NCBI GenBank assembly: GCA_038321865.1 | Contig: JBBQFH010000011.1 | Span: 17,651-81,650 of the forward strand | Length of the DNA stretch: 64,000 nt | Origin: Gemmatimonadales bacterium | GTDB taxonomy: Bacteria > Gemmatimonadota > Gemmatimonadetes > Gemmatimonadales > GWC2-71-9 | Direction: 5' to 3' | In this document: positions 10,186 through 20,183 of the stretch, piece by piece | Position numbering within the stretch: the first letter of the stretch is position 1 | Layout: every line of letters starts with the position of its first letter | The notes under the pieces: model-generated | The model's database searches: none | What the model was told of the DNA's origin: nothing | Seen by the model: only the letters and a program-made list of their open reading frames with translations | Position numbers and translations under genes: made by a program

Positions 10186-11373
10186 ATGAATCAGCGTCCC
10201 GGCGTCGCGAGCAGTTTCGGTCTCAACCGGAACACCTGGGCGGCGGCGGGCGCGATGTTCGTCATGGCGCTCGGCGAAAACCTCTGGCGGCGATTCCTCC
10301 CCAAGTATCTGCAGGCCCTCGGTGCGCCGGTCGTGGTGATCGGCGCCTACGGCAGCACCGAGGACCTGCTCGATGGGCTCTATCAGTATCCGGGCGGCTG
10401 GGTGGCCGACCGGTACGGGCGGCGCGCGGCGCTGCTCACCTTCGTCGCCATCGCGATCGCAGGGTACAGCGTGCTGGCGGTAGCGGGCAGCTGGCCGGTG
10501 GTCTTTCTCGGTCTCGTGCTGATCATGGCGTGGACCAGCATGGCGAGTCCGACGCTCTTCGCGGTGATCGGCGACGCGCTGCCGCCGTCGAAGCGGGCGA
10601 TCGGGTTCTCGGTGCAGTCGATCCTCCGCCGCATTCCGGTGCTGGCGGCGCCGACGATCGGCGGACTCCTCATCGCCGCCCACGGGGTCCGAACCGGCGT
10701 CCGGACCGGGCTGGTGCTGAGCATGGTGCTGGGCCTGGTGACGCTCGCGGTCGTCTCCCGGGTGCGGCTGGCGATTCCCGACCACGCCTCCGCCCGCTCG
10801 TTCCGCGAAGTGTGGGCGTCGTTCCCCTCGGCGCTCAGGCGCCTGCTCGTGTCCGACGTGTTCATCCGGACCTGCGACGCGCTGGTGGACGTCTTCCTGG
10901 TGCTCTACGCCCTCAACGTCATCGGCATCAGCGCGCCGCGCTTCGGCGTCCTGATCGCCGTGCAGATGGCGACGACGATCGTCGTCTCCATCCCCGCGTC
11001 CCGGATCGCCGACCGCACCGGCCGGAAGCCGTTCGTGATCGCCACCTTTCTCTGCTTCGCCGTCTTTCCCGTGGCGGTGGCGCTGGCGGGATCGTTTCCC
11101 GCACTGGTGGCCGCGTTCGTGGTCGGCGGGCTGCGGGAGATCGGCGAGCCGGCGCGGAAGGCGTTCATACTGGATCTGGTGCCGGCGGGATCTCGGGCGC
11201 GGTCGGTGGGGCTCTACTATCTGATCCGGAGCGTCGCCATCGCACCCGCGGCCACGGTGGGCGGCCTCCTGTGGCGGGTGACGCCGACGCTCCCTTTCTT
11301 CCTGGCCGGCGCGATCGGACTGGCCGGCGCGCTGGTCTTTGCCCTGACGGTGGACGAGCACTACGCGGGGTAG
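10186..11373 (+). CDS. MFS transporter
   Basis: GGWVADRYGRR and ADRTGRK motif-A copies; about 12 hydrophobic segments; 9 nt after the outer membrane factor gene. Confidence 0.88.
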   Translation: MNQRPGVASSFGLNRNTWAAAGAMFVMALGENLWRRFLPKYLQALGAPVVVIGAYGSTEDLLDGLYQYPGGWVADRYGRRAALLTFVAIAIAGYSVLAVAGSWPVVFLGLVLIMAWTSMASPTLFAVIGDALPPSKRAIGFSVQSILRRIPVLAAPTIGGLLIAAHGVRTGVRTGLVLSMVLGLVTLAVVSRVRLAIPDHASARSFREVWASFPSALRRLLVSDVFIRTCDALVDVFLVLYALNVIGISAPRFGVLIAVQMATTIVVSIPASRIADRTGRKPFVIATFLCFAVFPVAVALAGSFPALVAAFVVGGLREIGEPARKAFILDLVPAGSRARSVGLYYLIRSVAIAPAATVGGLLWRVTPTLPFFLAGAIGLAGALVFALTVDEHYAG

Positions 11374-11447
11374 CGGCCTCTTGAAGGAGCGGCGTGGCGG
11401 GGCCATGTTGGATGCCGGAGCACAACCTTTCGAGCACGGAGGCGGTG

Positions 11448-12563
11448 ATGAGCGGAGTTCGGGTGCTGGTCGGCACGAGGAAGGGCGGCTTCGTCCTCAG
11501 CGCGGACGCGAAGCGAAAGAAGTGGGAGGTCAGCGGGCCGCATTTCGCCGGCTGGGAGATCTACCACATGAAGGGATCGCCGGTGGATCCGGACCGGCTG
11601 TACGCCTCGCAGTGCAGCGGATGGTTCGGCCAGCAGATCCAGCGGTCGGATGACGGAGGGAAGAGCTGGGCGCCGGTCGGGAACGAGTTCGCCTACGACG
11701 GCGAGACCGGGACGCATCAGTGGTACGACGGCAAGCCGCGTCCCTGGGAGTTCAAGCGGGTCTGGCACCTGGAACCGTCCCTCACCGATGCGAATACCGT
11801 CTACGCCGGCATCGAGGACGCGGCGATCTTTTGCTCGACCGACGCCGGTGGCTCCTGGCAGGAGATGCCGGGGCTCCGGCGGCACGGCTCGGGACCCGCC
11901 TGGCAGCCCGGCGCCGGCGGCATGTGCCTGCACACCATCCTGCTCGATCCGGTCAATCCGAAGCGGATGTTCATCGCGATCTCCGCGGCCGGCGCATTCC
12001 GCACCGACGACGGCGGGGAGACGTGGCGCCCGATCAACCACGGGCTCAACTCGAAGTACATTCCCGACCCGACCGCCGAGGTGGGGCACTGCGTGCACCG
12101 GATCGCGATGCACCGCACGCGGCCCAACGTGCTGTACATGCAGAAGCACTGGGACGTGATGCGGAGCGACGACGCCGGTGACTCCTGGCACGAGATCAGC
12201 GGCAACCTGCCGACCGATTTCGGCTTTCCGATCGACGTGCACGCCCACGAGCCGGACACGGTGTACGTAGTCCCGATCAAGAGTGACAGCGAGCATTTCC
12301 CGCCCGACGGGAAGTTGCGCGTCTACCGCAGCCGGAGCGGCGGGAACGAGTGGGAGGCGCTGACCAAGGGGCTTCCCCAGCAGGACTGCTACGTCAACGT
12401 CCTCAGGGACGCGATGGCGGTGGACTCACTCGACTCGTGCGGCATCTACTTCGGGACGACCGGCGGGCAGGTCTACGCCTCGGCCGATTCCGGCGACAAC
12501 TGGACGCCGATCGTGCGCGACCTGCCGGCGGTGCTGTCGGTCGAGGTGCAGACGCTCCAATGA
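11448..12563 (+). CDS. BNR/Asp-box repeat beta-propeller protein (sialidase-like fold, function unknown)
   Basis: Repeated S-x-D-x-G-x-x-W boxes ([39 protein letters not shown]); GGAGG before ATG 11448; no signal peptide. Confidence 0.85.
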   Translation: MSGVRVLVGTRKGGFVLSADAKRKKWEVSGPHFAGWEIYHMKGSPVDPDRLYASQCSGWFGQQIQRSDDGGKSWAPVGNEFAYDGETGTHQWYDGKPRPWEFKRVWHLEPSLTDANTVYAGIEDAAIFCSTDAGGSWQEMPGLRRHGSGPAWQPGAGGMCLHTILLDPVNPKRMFIAISAAGAFRTDDGGETWRPINHGLNSKYIPDPTAEVGHCVHRIAMHRTRPNVLYMQKHWDVMRSDDAGDSWHEISGNLPTDFGFPIDVHAHEPDTVYVVPIKSDSEHFPPDGKLRVYRSRSGGNEWEALTKGLPQQDCYVNVLRDAMAVDSLDSCGIYFGTTGGQVYASADSGDNWTPIVRDLPAVLSVEVQTLQ

Positions 12564-12856
12564 TCCGGGTGGAGCTGCCGGAGCACCTGCGCACGCTGGC
12601 GCGCGTCGCGGGCGATGTCGATCTCGAAGTGCCGGACCCGGTGACGCAGCGCTCGGTGCTCGACGCCCTCGAGGCCGCGCATCCGGTGCTTCGCGGGGCG
12701 ATTCGCGACCACGCCACGCGGAAGCGGCGCGCCTTCATCCGGTTCTTCGGGTGCGGGCAGGATCTCTCGCATGAGGAGCCGGACGCCCCGCTCCCCGTCG
12801 AGATCGCGAGCGGGGCGGAGCCGTTTCTGGTCGTCGGGGCGATCGCGGGGGGGTGA
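12560..12856 (+). CDS. MoaD/ThiS-family ubiquitin-like (beta-grasp) protein
   Basis: 98 aa ending AIAGG-stop; ATGA overlap with the upstream stop codon. Confidence 0.85.
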   Translation: MIRVELPEHLRTLARVAGDVDLEVPDPVTQRSVLDALEAAHPVLRGAIRDHATRKRRAFIRFFGCGQDLSHEEPDAPLPVEIASGAEPFLVVGAIAGG

Positions 12857-12871
12857 CGGCGTTGGCCACCC

Positions 12872-13642
12872 TCAGGGCCTCCGCTGGCGGAGCACCCCCG
12901 CCCCCGCGACGCCGGAGAGCCCGGTGGCCATCAGCGCGATCGTCATCGGCTCCGGGGTAAGCGTCGTGCCGCGGACCGCGAACACGATGTCGTTGAAGTC
13001 GTTATCGATGTTGTAGTTGTACGAGTCCTCGAAGCCGACCACAATGTTGTACGACGGATCGGTCAGGAGCGTCGCGATGTTGGGCGAGCAATTGGTCGGT
13101 GACAGGGCGCAGCCCGCGAGATAGGCCTCACGGGTCCAGACCATGTCGTGGAACCGGTTGTCCGGATTCCGGCTCGCTGGCCCGCTGTAGTACTGGTTGC
13201 CCGAGACGTCGGCTGGGGCAGAAGTACAGCCGGTGCCGGCCGGGGCTGCGCCGAGGTTGGCACAGATCGAAAAGATGGCCTCAGCTCCGATGGCCAGCGC
13301 GGAGGAGGTAGTGGCTTCGACGACCGTTCCTTCCGCCGTGGTGTTCCGCAGCAGAAACTGCCCGGCTCCGGGCAGCGTCAGATAGTAATACAGGTCGTTT
13401 ACGTAACGTGCCTGCTTTCCCACGAACTTCACGAAGATGTTGTCGGTGCCCGACTTGTATACGCTGGCGCCGAGCGACCCGCCGACAACGGCGGTACCGT
13501 CGGCATGGGCGGCCGGTGCGGCCAGCCCGCCAAGTACCGCGATGAGGGCGGCGATTCGTCCTGGTAAGTGTCTGTTGATGCTGATCCTCCAGATCGCGAT
13601 CCCGACGGAGTTGACGACGACAAGCGCACATGCGGGACGCAT
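12872..13642 (-). CDS. PEP-CTERM sorting-domain exoprotein with a DUF4114-like motif
   Basis: C-terminal TPEPMTIALMATGLSGVAGAGVLRQRRP; VGFED...DNDFNDIVFAV; signal-peptide-like AAPAAHA. Start uncertain (ATG 13642 or ATC 13579). Confidence 0.8.
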   Translation of the reverse strand: MRPACALVVVNSVGIAIWRISINRHLPGRIAALIAVLGGLAAPAAHADGTAVVGGSLGASVYKSGTDNIFVKFVGKQARYVNDLYYYLTLPGAGQFLLRNTTAEGTVVEATTSSALAIGAEAIFSICANLGAAPAGTGCTSAPADVSGNQYYSGPASRNPDNRFHDMVWTREAYLAGCALSPTNCSPNIATLLTDPSYNIVVGFEDSYNYNIDNDFNDIVFAVRGTTLTPEPMTIALMATGLSGVAGAGVLRQRRP

Positions 13643-13797
13643 GCGCCTGTTCAATTGCTGACTAGGAGTGCAATTATTGTTCGGGCTGCTGCATCGTACG
13701 GTTGCGGGCCGGATCACACAAGAGGCGTCGGCCGTTAACGAGGGTATGTGGCCGACGTCTTGCACCCCGGGCCGGTTTCCACCCACTGAGACCAGGT

Positions 13798-15027
13798 ATG
13801 ACCATCGCGATCTTCGGGGCCGGTATCCTCGGCAGCTGTACGGCGTTAGAACTTGCCGACCGGGGGCACCGGGTCGTGTTGTTCGAGCGCAACGCGGAAC
13901 CGATGGCAGAGGCGAGCCGCCACAACGAGGGCAAGCTGCACCTCGGGTTCGTCTACGCTGCCGATCCGTCGTTCCGCACCGCCGAGCGCATGATTGCGGG
14001 CGCAGCCCGGTTTACCGACGTGCTGGCGCGCTGGGTGCCGGGTGACGCGCTCCGGGCGGTGCGGGCGGGGCCGTTCGACTACGTAGTCCACCGGGAGACG
14101 ATGGTCAGCCCCGCCGGCATCGAGGCGCACTTCGGCCGGGTCGGGCGGCGACTCGCCGAGCTGCAGGATCAGCAATCGCTCTCGGGCGCGTTGAGCACGG
14201 ACCGCCCGTTCTGGCGTCCGCTCGGGAGCAACGAGCTCGCCGCGCGCTACGACCCCGCGCAGGTGATCGCCGCTTACGAGACCTGTGAGATCGCCGTGGA
14301 CACCTGGGCGATCGCCGATTTTCTGCGCGCCGCCGTCGCGGGCCATCCGCGGATCGAGCTGCGCACCGGCACCCGGGTGATCCGGGCGGAAGACCGTGCA
14401 GGCGGCGGCTTCGATGTCGTCTCGGCGGGCGAACGGCGCTCGGGGCCGTTCGCGGCCATCGTCAACGCATCGTGGGCCAACCGTCCCGCCATCGATCAGC
14501 GCTACGGCATCGCGCCGCGCGGCCAGTGGATCAACCGCCGCAAGCTCGGGGTGAATCTCATGCACACCGGCGCGGCCGACGCGGTCCCCAGCTTCACGAT
14601 CATGCTGGGCTGCTTCGGCGATGTCGTCGCCTACCAGAATGGGCGCGTGTATCTGTCCTGGTACCCGACGTGCATGATCGGACGGAGCACGGGCATCGAG
14701 GAGACCGATTGGGCCGCCGTCATGCGCGAGGTGGACCAGGCCGCAATCCGCGCGGCGACTGTCGCGGCACTCGGCGAGATCTGCCCGGCGGTCGGGCGGC
14801 TCGCCACGGGCGCGTCGGGCGGTGCCATCGTGAACGGAGGGAGCATCTACGCGCTCGGCCGCACCGACATCGATGACCCGTCAAGCCAGCTGCATGAGCG
14901 GCTGGACACCGGCATCGAAGGCCGGGGCGCCTACCTGTCGGTCGACACATCGAAGTTCACGCTGGGCCCGGCGCTCGCGCTGGCAACGGCCGACCGCATC
15001 GCGGCGGTCGCCGCCGTCGCGGCCTGA
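13798..15027 (+). CDS. FAD-dependent oxidoreductase (DAO-like)
   Basis: IAIFGAGILG Rossmann motif, LFER, ASRHNEGKLHLGFVY. Confidence 0.82.
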   Translation: MTIAIFGAGILGSCTALELADRGHRVVLFERNAEPMAEASRHNEGKLHLGFVYAADPSFRTAERMIAGAARFTDVLARWVPGDALRAVRAGPFDYVVHRETMVSPAGIEAHFGRVGRRLAELQDQQSLSGALSTDRPFWRPLGSNELAARYDPAQVIAAYETCEIAVDTWAIADFLRAAVAGHPRIELRTGTRVIRAEDRAGGGFDVVSAGERRSGPFAAIVNASWANRPAIDQRYGIAPRGQWINRRKLGVNLMHTGAADAVPSFTIMLGCFGDVVAYQNGRVYLSWYPTCMIGRSTGIEETDWAAVMREVDQAAIRAATVAALGEICPAVGRLATGASGGAIVNGGSIYALGRTDIDDPSSQLHERLDTGIEGRGAYLSVDTSKFTLGPALALATADRIAAVAAVAA

Positions 15028-15029
15028 GC

Positions 15030-16055
15030 ATGGCCGAAGTCACGGTCTGCATCCCGGTCTATCAGGGGGCGGGATTCGTCGCCGAGACGGTGGCGAGCAT
15101 CGCGGCGCAGCGGTTTCACGACTTCAGGATTCTCGCATCACTCGACCGCGGCACCGACGATTCGGAGACGGTGCTCCGTCGCTCCTTGCCGGCCGGACGC
15201 AGTGAGCTGATCGTCCAGCCCAGCCGCATCGGATGGGTGGCGAATGCCAATGCGCTGATCGAGCGCGTGGAGACGCCGTACTTCTGCATCATCCCGCACG
15301 ACGACCTGCTCGATCCTCGCTATCTGGATGAGGTCCACGCGCTCGCGGCCTCCGATCCGGGCATCGCCTGCGCCTACTCCGACATCAGGGGCTTCGGCGC
15401 CGTGACGCGGCGGGTCGGCCAGCCGGACGTCCGTGGGGGAAGGCTCGACCGGCTGGCCGACGTTGTCCTGAACCATTTCGGCGCCGTCGCCTTTCGCGGG
15501 CTGGTGCGCCGCGGGACCGCGGACGACCGGCCACTTATTCCGACCGGACTGCGGCGCGACTACGCGGCGGACACGGTCTGGATGCTTCGCCTGGCGCAGC
15601 GCGGCGAGCTGCGCCGGGTCGCGGCGACGCTGTACGCGAAGCGCTATCATGCCGAGACCGTGCACGCCGGCTGGTCGCGCTGGTCACGTGAGGAACTGTG
15701 CCTGCTGTGGGCGGAGCAGGCCGCGGCATGCGCGCGGATCGCGCTCGAGGGACTGGACGACCCGGAGGACCGCGCGATCATTCTCGCGGCCGCCATCATG
15801 CGGTTGGCGGGCGTCGGAAACGCAGCACCTGGCTACCCCCCGCCACACACCCCGCTCGAGGTCGCCTCCGCCACTGCGGCATTCGGCGCGGCGCTCGGCG
15901 TCACCGAGCCGCCGCCCGCGCTGGAGCAGGTGCTCCGCCTCCCGCGCGCACGGCTGCTGCGAGAAGCCACCGCGGCCGCCCGCATCCGGGATGACGACTA
16001 TCCGCTGGTTCACCGTTTGTGGTGGAGTCTGCTCTACCGGCTGAGCCGCCGCTGA
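15030..16055 (+). CDS. Glycosyltransferase family 2
   Basis: VTVCIPVYQG, DRGTDDS and IPHDDLLDP (DxD-like). Confidence 0.85.
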   Translation: MAEVTVCIPVYQGAGFVAETVASIAAQRFHDFRILASLDRGTDDSETVLRRSLPAGRSELIVQPSRIGWVANANALIERVETPYFCIIPHDDLLDPRYLDEVHALAASDPGIACAYSDIRGFGAVTRRVGQPDVRGGRLDRLADVVLNHFGAVAFRGLVRRGTADDRPLIPTGLRRDYAADTVWMLRLAQRGELRRVAATLYAKRYHAETVHAGWSRWSREELCLLWAEQAAACARIALEGLDDPEDRAIILAAAIMRLAGVGNAAPGYPPPHTPLEVASATAAFGAALGVTEPPPALEQVLRLPRARLLREATAAARIRDDDYPLVHRLWWSLLYRLSRR

Positions 16056-16068
16056 AGAAGCGGCCGGC

Positions 16069-17466
16069 TCAGGCCGCCAGCTTGTTGGCCGCGTTGAGCG
16101 CCGCGACCTTGTAACACTCCGCCAGGGTGGGGTAGTTGAACACCGTGTCGAGGAAGTAGTCGAGCCCGCCGCCCAATCCCATCACCGCCTGGCCGATGTG
16201 CACCAGCTCGGTCGCCCCCGTCCCGATGATGTGCACGCCGAGGAGGCGGTGGGTCTGGCGGTGGAAGAGCATCTTGAACAGCCCGCTGTCGTCCCCCAGA
16301 ATCTGGCCCCGGGCGATCTCCCGGTAGCGGGCGACGCCGGTCTCGTACGGCACCTTCGCCGCGGTGAGCTCGCGCTCGGTCGCGCCGACCATGGAGATCT
16401 CGGGGATGGCATAGATGCCGATCGGAAAGTGATCGGCCATCGGGCGCGCCGGCACGCCCATCGCGACGCACGCCGCCTGGCGCCCCTGTTCGCTCGAGGT
16501 GGCGGCGAGGCTGGGATAGCCGATGACGTCGCCCGCGGCGAAGATCGTCGGGACGGCGGTGCGGAAGCTCGCGTCGACGCTGAGGCGCCCGCGGTCGTCG
16601 GCCGACAGGCCGGCGGCAGCGAGATTCAGGTCGTCCGTCGCCCCCATGCGCCCCACCGAGAAGAGCGCCATCTCGGAGACGATCCGCTTGCCGGACTCGA
16701 GCATGACCGAGACCCGGCGCGGCGGGCCGTCCATGATCTCGACGCCCGCGACCGCTTCGTTCGGCCGGAAGGTCACGTTGCGCTGGCGCAGCTGGTGGAT
16801 CAGCTCGTCCACGATCTCGTCGTCGAGGAACTCGAGCGGGCGAGGCCGCCGTTCGACCAGCGTCACCTCGACGCCGAGCGCCGCGAACATCGATGCGTAC
16901 TCGATGCCGATGACGCCGGCGCCGACCACCGCCAGTGTCCTGGGCAGGCGCTCCATGTTGATGATGTCGTCACTGGTGACGATCAGCGCCCCGTCGCTCG
17001 ATTCGGGAAGCACCGGGCGTGTCCCGACGGCGAGGAGGACGTTGTCCGCCGTCACTTCCCGGACCATTCCGTCCGAGCGCACGACCAGGGTGTGGGCATC
17101 GCGGAACGAGGCCTCACCGGCAATGATGTCCACGCCGTTCCGGCGGAGCTGGTTGTCGATCACCCCGCATTCGCGGGCGACGACCGCCGCCACCCGATGC
17201 AACAGCAGCTGGGCGGTCGGCCGGCTGGCGGGAGGAAGGGTGCCGACGGTCTCGAACGGGCGGGCGGCTGCGGTGCAGGACAGCACCGCTTCGCGAAACG
17301 TCTTGCTGGGGATGGTACCGGTGCCGACGCAGACGCCGCCCATGGTGCGCCGTTTTTCGATCAGCCCCACGCGGCGCCCCAGCTTGGCCGCCTGCACCGC
17401 GCCGCGCTGGCCCGCCGGACCGCTGCCGATGCAGACGAGGTCGTACTGGTGAGCAGGTTCCGTCAC
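16069..17466 (-). CDS. sthA: Soluble Si-specific NAD(P)+ transhydrogenase
   Basis: GSGPAG, GGVCVGTGTIPSK (CxxxxT form), GAGVIGIEYAS and the terminal VFNYPTLAECYKVAALNAANKL; GTG start 17466. Confidence 0.9.
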   Translation of the reverse strand: MTEPAHQYDLVCIGSGPAGQRGAVQAAKLGRRVGLIEKRRTMGGVCVGTGTIPSKTFREAVLSCTAAARPFETVGTLPPASRPTAQLLLHRVAAVVARECGVIDNQLRRNGVDIIAGEASFRDAHTLVVRSDGMVREVTADNVLLAVGTRPVLPESSDGALIVTSDDIINMERLPRTLAVVGAGVIGIEYASMFAALGVEVTLVERRPRPLEFLDDEIVDELIHQLRQRNVTFRPNEAVAGVEIMDGPPRRVSVMLESGKRIVSEMALFSVGRMGATDDLNLAAAGLSADDRGRLSVDASFRTAVPTIFAAGDVIGYPSLAATSSEQGRQAACVAMGVPARPMADHFPIGIYAIPEISMVGATERELTAAKVPYETGVARYREIARGQILGDDSGLFKMLFHRQTHRLLGVHIIGTGATELVHIGQAVMGLGGGLDYFLDTVFNYPTLAECYKVAALNAANKLAA

Positions 17467-17584
17467 GAGCGCTCCGGGAAGTAGAGGCCGGCCTGAGTGA
17501 CGAATATACGCCCGCCCCGCTTGCGCGCGCCGCGCTCCCGCGGGAAGTTGCGGAGCGGCAATCCCCCTTTCCGGAAGGTGTCCG

Positions 17585-18169
17585 ATGCGCCATGCGACGT
17601 TCCCGGCGGTCATGCTGCTCGTTTCCGCGCTCACGCCCGCGCGGGCCCACGCGCAGGAGCGTACTCCAGCCTGGCAGATCGCGGCGGCGGTGCTGCCGCT
17701 GCCGGACAGCATGCGCGCCGGCGCCCGCGTCATGGGGTACAGCGGCGGCAAGCTGACGGAGCTCAGGGCCGGGCGGAACGAGATGACCTGCCTGAGCGAC
17801 GATCCGGCCCAGAAGGGATTCCAGGCATCCTGCTATCACCGCTCGCTCGAGGCGTTCATGGCGCGGGGACGGTCGCTCCGGGCCGCCGGCGTGAAGGAAC
17901 GCCATGCCGTCGATTCGGTCCGGCTGGCGGAGATCAAGCGTGGCCGGCTGGCGATGCCGAAGACGCCTGCCACCCTCTACTCGCTCTTCTCCGATGCCGA
18001 CAGCTTCGATGCGCTGGCCGGGCCGCCGCCGGGGCAGCGGGCGCTCATCGTGATCTACACGCCGTACGCCACGACGGCCTCATCGGGCCTCTCCACGATT
18101 CCGGCGGCCGGCCGTCCCTTCCTCATGTATCCCGGGATGCCCTGGGCTCACGTGATGATTCAGCCCTGA
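17585..18169 (+). CDS. Secreted hypothetical protein
   Basis: Signal peptide (ARAHA-Q), protein-like composition, motifs CLSDD, SCYH and PWAHVMI. Confidence 0.7.
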   Translation: MRHATFPAVMLLVSALTPARAHAQERTPAWQIAAAVLPLPDSMRAGARVMGYSGGKLTELRAGRNEMTCLSDDPAQKGFQASCYHRSLEAFMARGRSLRAAGVKERHAVDSVRLAEIKRGRLAMPKTPATLYSLFSDADSFDALAGPPPGQRALIVIYTPYATTASSGLSTIPAAGRPFLMYPGMPWAHVMIQP

Positions 18170-18172
18170 GTC

Positions 18173-19492
18173 TCAGCCGCCGGTCTCGAGCGAATCGAGC
18201 ATCCGCCGGGCGATGGGCGCCTGCACGGGATCGAATCGGGGATTGAGCGAAAAGGCGCGGCCGAGCCAGGTACGGGCGCGGCCGCGGTCCCCGGCGGCCC
18301 GCGCGATCGCGCCGGCATGATAGAACAGAGTCGCGTCCTGGGTACCCCGCCCGAGGGCGCCGGCCATCATGCGGTCGGCCTCGGCGAAGCGGCCCTGCCG
18401 GTAGAGTGCCCAGGCGAGCAGGTCGTATCCGTAGACGTCGCGTCGCGACTCGAGCTCGGTACGCGCGGCGGCCACTACGTCATCCACCCGGCGGTTGTGA
18501 TCCAGCAGGAAGAGACTCCAGGCCCGATGGTAGGCGCCGGGCTGCTGTGACACCGACACTTCCATCGTCCGATAGTAGTCCTCGGCCTTTCCGTGGTCGC
18601 CCAGCGCGGCCCAGGCGTCGCCGATGATGCCGAGCGTGGCGGGATCCAGCGCCGTCTCGACGGAGCGATCGCCGTAGGCGATGGCGTCGCGCCACTCCGA
18701 GCGGAGCCAGGCCAGTCGCGCGAGCGCCGCGAGCACCCGGTGATCGTCGGGCGAGATCGCCAGCCCGGCCAGGAGGGCATGCTCCGCCGCGTCCAGGTGT
18801 CCGAGGCGCATCTCGAAGTCGCCGACGCGGAGTCGGAACCAGGCGGCCTGTTCCCTCGGGAGGCCGTCGAGCGAATCAGCGGCGTGCATCGCACCGTAGA
18901 ACAGGCGCCGCGCCACGGCCGTGTCTCCGCGCAGCTCGGCCCACCGGGCCAGCCGCGGCCAGGAACCGAGCGTCGTCTTGCCGCGGCGGACGGACACGAA
19001 CGCGGAGTCGGCGTCGCGGTAGTTGCCGAGCTCGAGGTCGATCTCGCCCAGCATCGCGCGGTAGCTCGGCTCCTGCGGCTCCAGACGGATGAGCTGCTGC
19101 GCGGCGGCGCGGGCCTCGACGAACCGGTGCTCCGAGAGCAGCGCCGAGGCGAGGGTCGCGTAGGTGTAATCGTTGTGGGCGAGCCGGAGCTCGATGGATC
19201 GACGCGCCAGCGATTCGGCGCGCAGGACGTCGGTGTAGTTGCCGGTCTGCCGGGAGCGTTGCAGGTAGAGGGTCGCCAGCATGGCACGGTCGGAGGCTCC
19301 GATCGAGTCCTCCGCGGCGCGGCGTTCGTAGAAGGCGATATCCTTGTCGCGCCGGATCCCTTCGTCGGCGATGTCGGCTTTCGCGGCTTCGATCGCCCGG
19401 CTCCGCTCCGCGGCCGAGACCGTCCGCGCCGTCCAGATGATCCCGCCCGCCATGGCGACCGCGATCATCCCCGCCTTCACGTTGCGATGCAT
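18173..19492 (-). CDS. Secreted or membrane-anchored TPR protein of the DUF4331 operon
   Basis: N-terminal hydrophobic segment, many TPR helices, DVYGYDLLAWALY and LFYHAG. Confidence 0.85.
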   Translation of the reverse strand: MHRNVKAGMIAVAMAGGIIWTARTVSAAERSRAIEAAKADIADEGIRRDKDIAFYERRAAEDSIGASDRAMLATLYLQRSRQTGNYTDVLRAESLARRSIELRLAHNDYTYATLASALLSEHRFVEARAAAQQLIRLEPQEPSYRAMLGEIDLELGNYRDADSAFVSVRRGKTTLGSWPRLARWAELRGDTAVARRLFYGAMHAADSLDGLPREQAAWFRLRVGDFEMRLGHLDAAEHALLAGLAISPDDHRVLAALARLAWLRSEWRDAIAYGDRSVETALDPATLGIIGDAWAALGDHGKAEDYYRTMEVSVSQQPGAYHRAWSLFLLDHNRRVDDVVAAARTELESRRDVYGYDLLAWALYRQGRFAEADRMMAGALGRGTQDATLFYHAGAIARAAGDRGRARTWLGRAFSLNPRFDPVQAPIARRMLDSLETGG

Positions 19493-19560
19493 CGTCAGCT
19501 CCCGGAACGCGTGCCGCCGGGCCCGCCCTCGAGGCGAACCCGGCGGTCACGCTGCGTGGA

Positions 19561-20142
19561 TCAGGTGTGCGGTACCGCCAGGTACGGGAACGTGCCCTGG
19601 AACCCGACGTCGTTGGTGTTCACGTTGTCGGTGCAGAGCGGGAGCGCGAACGGCGCGCAGAAGGCGCCTTCCGGCTCCAGCAGCGAGCTGAAGATCGCGC
19701 TCAGCCCGATGTCCACGACATCGTCGGTCAGCTTCCGGCCGCCCCACCCGTCGTGCAGCGCCCACGAGAGCCAGCCCGCGGTCGCCGGATTCTTGGCGGT
19801 GTTGACGACCAGGATATCCGGGTAGAGCACGCTGCCCAGCGTGGCGGCCAGCGACTGCGGCCGGCCGAAGCTGGTGACGAACGCCGCGGTCTGCGGCAGG
19901 AACGTCGCCGTGTTGTACGGCTGCGTCCGGTTGTACTGGTCGTGATTCGCCTTGACGATCGTGACTTCGCTCACGAGCGGGTTGCCGAGGAACTCGACCT
20001 GCTCGTACACGGCGCCGTCATCGGACCCCGTCGAGACATCCGGCGCGAGCGACGCGCTCTGGTCTGCGCCGTCGGCGCATCCGGCCGCCACGAGCGCGAA
20101 CGCCAGCGCCGCGGCTCCGGCCCAACTCTTCTGCTTCCACAT
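19561..20142 (-). CDS. DUF4331-like lipoprotein (C-terminal half of the family)
   Basis: Lipobox VAAGC; QVEFLGNPLVSE, GRKLTDDVVDI, FPYLAVP; AAGGAG before ATG 20142. Confidence 0.78.
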   Translation of the reverse strand: MWKQKSWAGAAALAFALVAAGCADGADQSASLAPDVSTGSDDGAVYEQVEFLGNPLVSEVTIVKANHDQYNRTQPYNTATFLPQTAAFVTSFGRPQSLAATLGSVLYPDILVVNTAKNPATAGWLSWALHDGWGGRKLTDDVVDIGLSAIFSSLLEPEGAFCAPFALPLCTDNVNTNDVGFQGTFPYLAVPHT

Positions 20143-20183
20143 ATGTGTTGCTCCTTGGCCTGTTGAGTATTCGGAAGCGGTGG

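Noticed and set aside
13669..13684. Sigma54-like site (CCGAACAATAATTGCA, minus strand) upstream of the PEP-CTERM gene
   Set aside because: The -12 TTGCA is present but the invariant -24 GG is missing.
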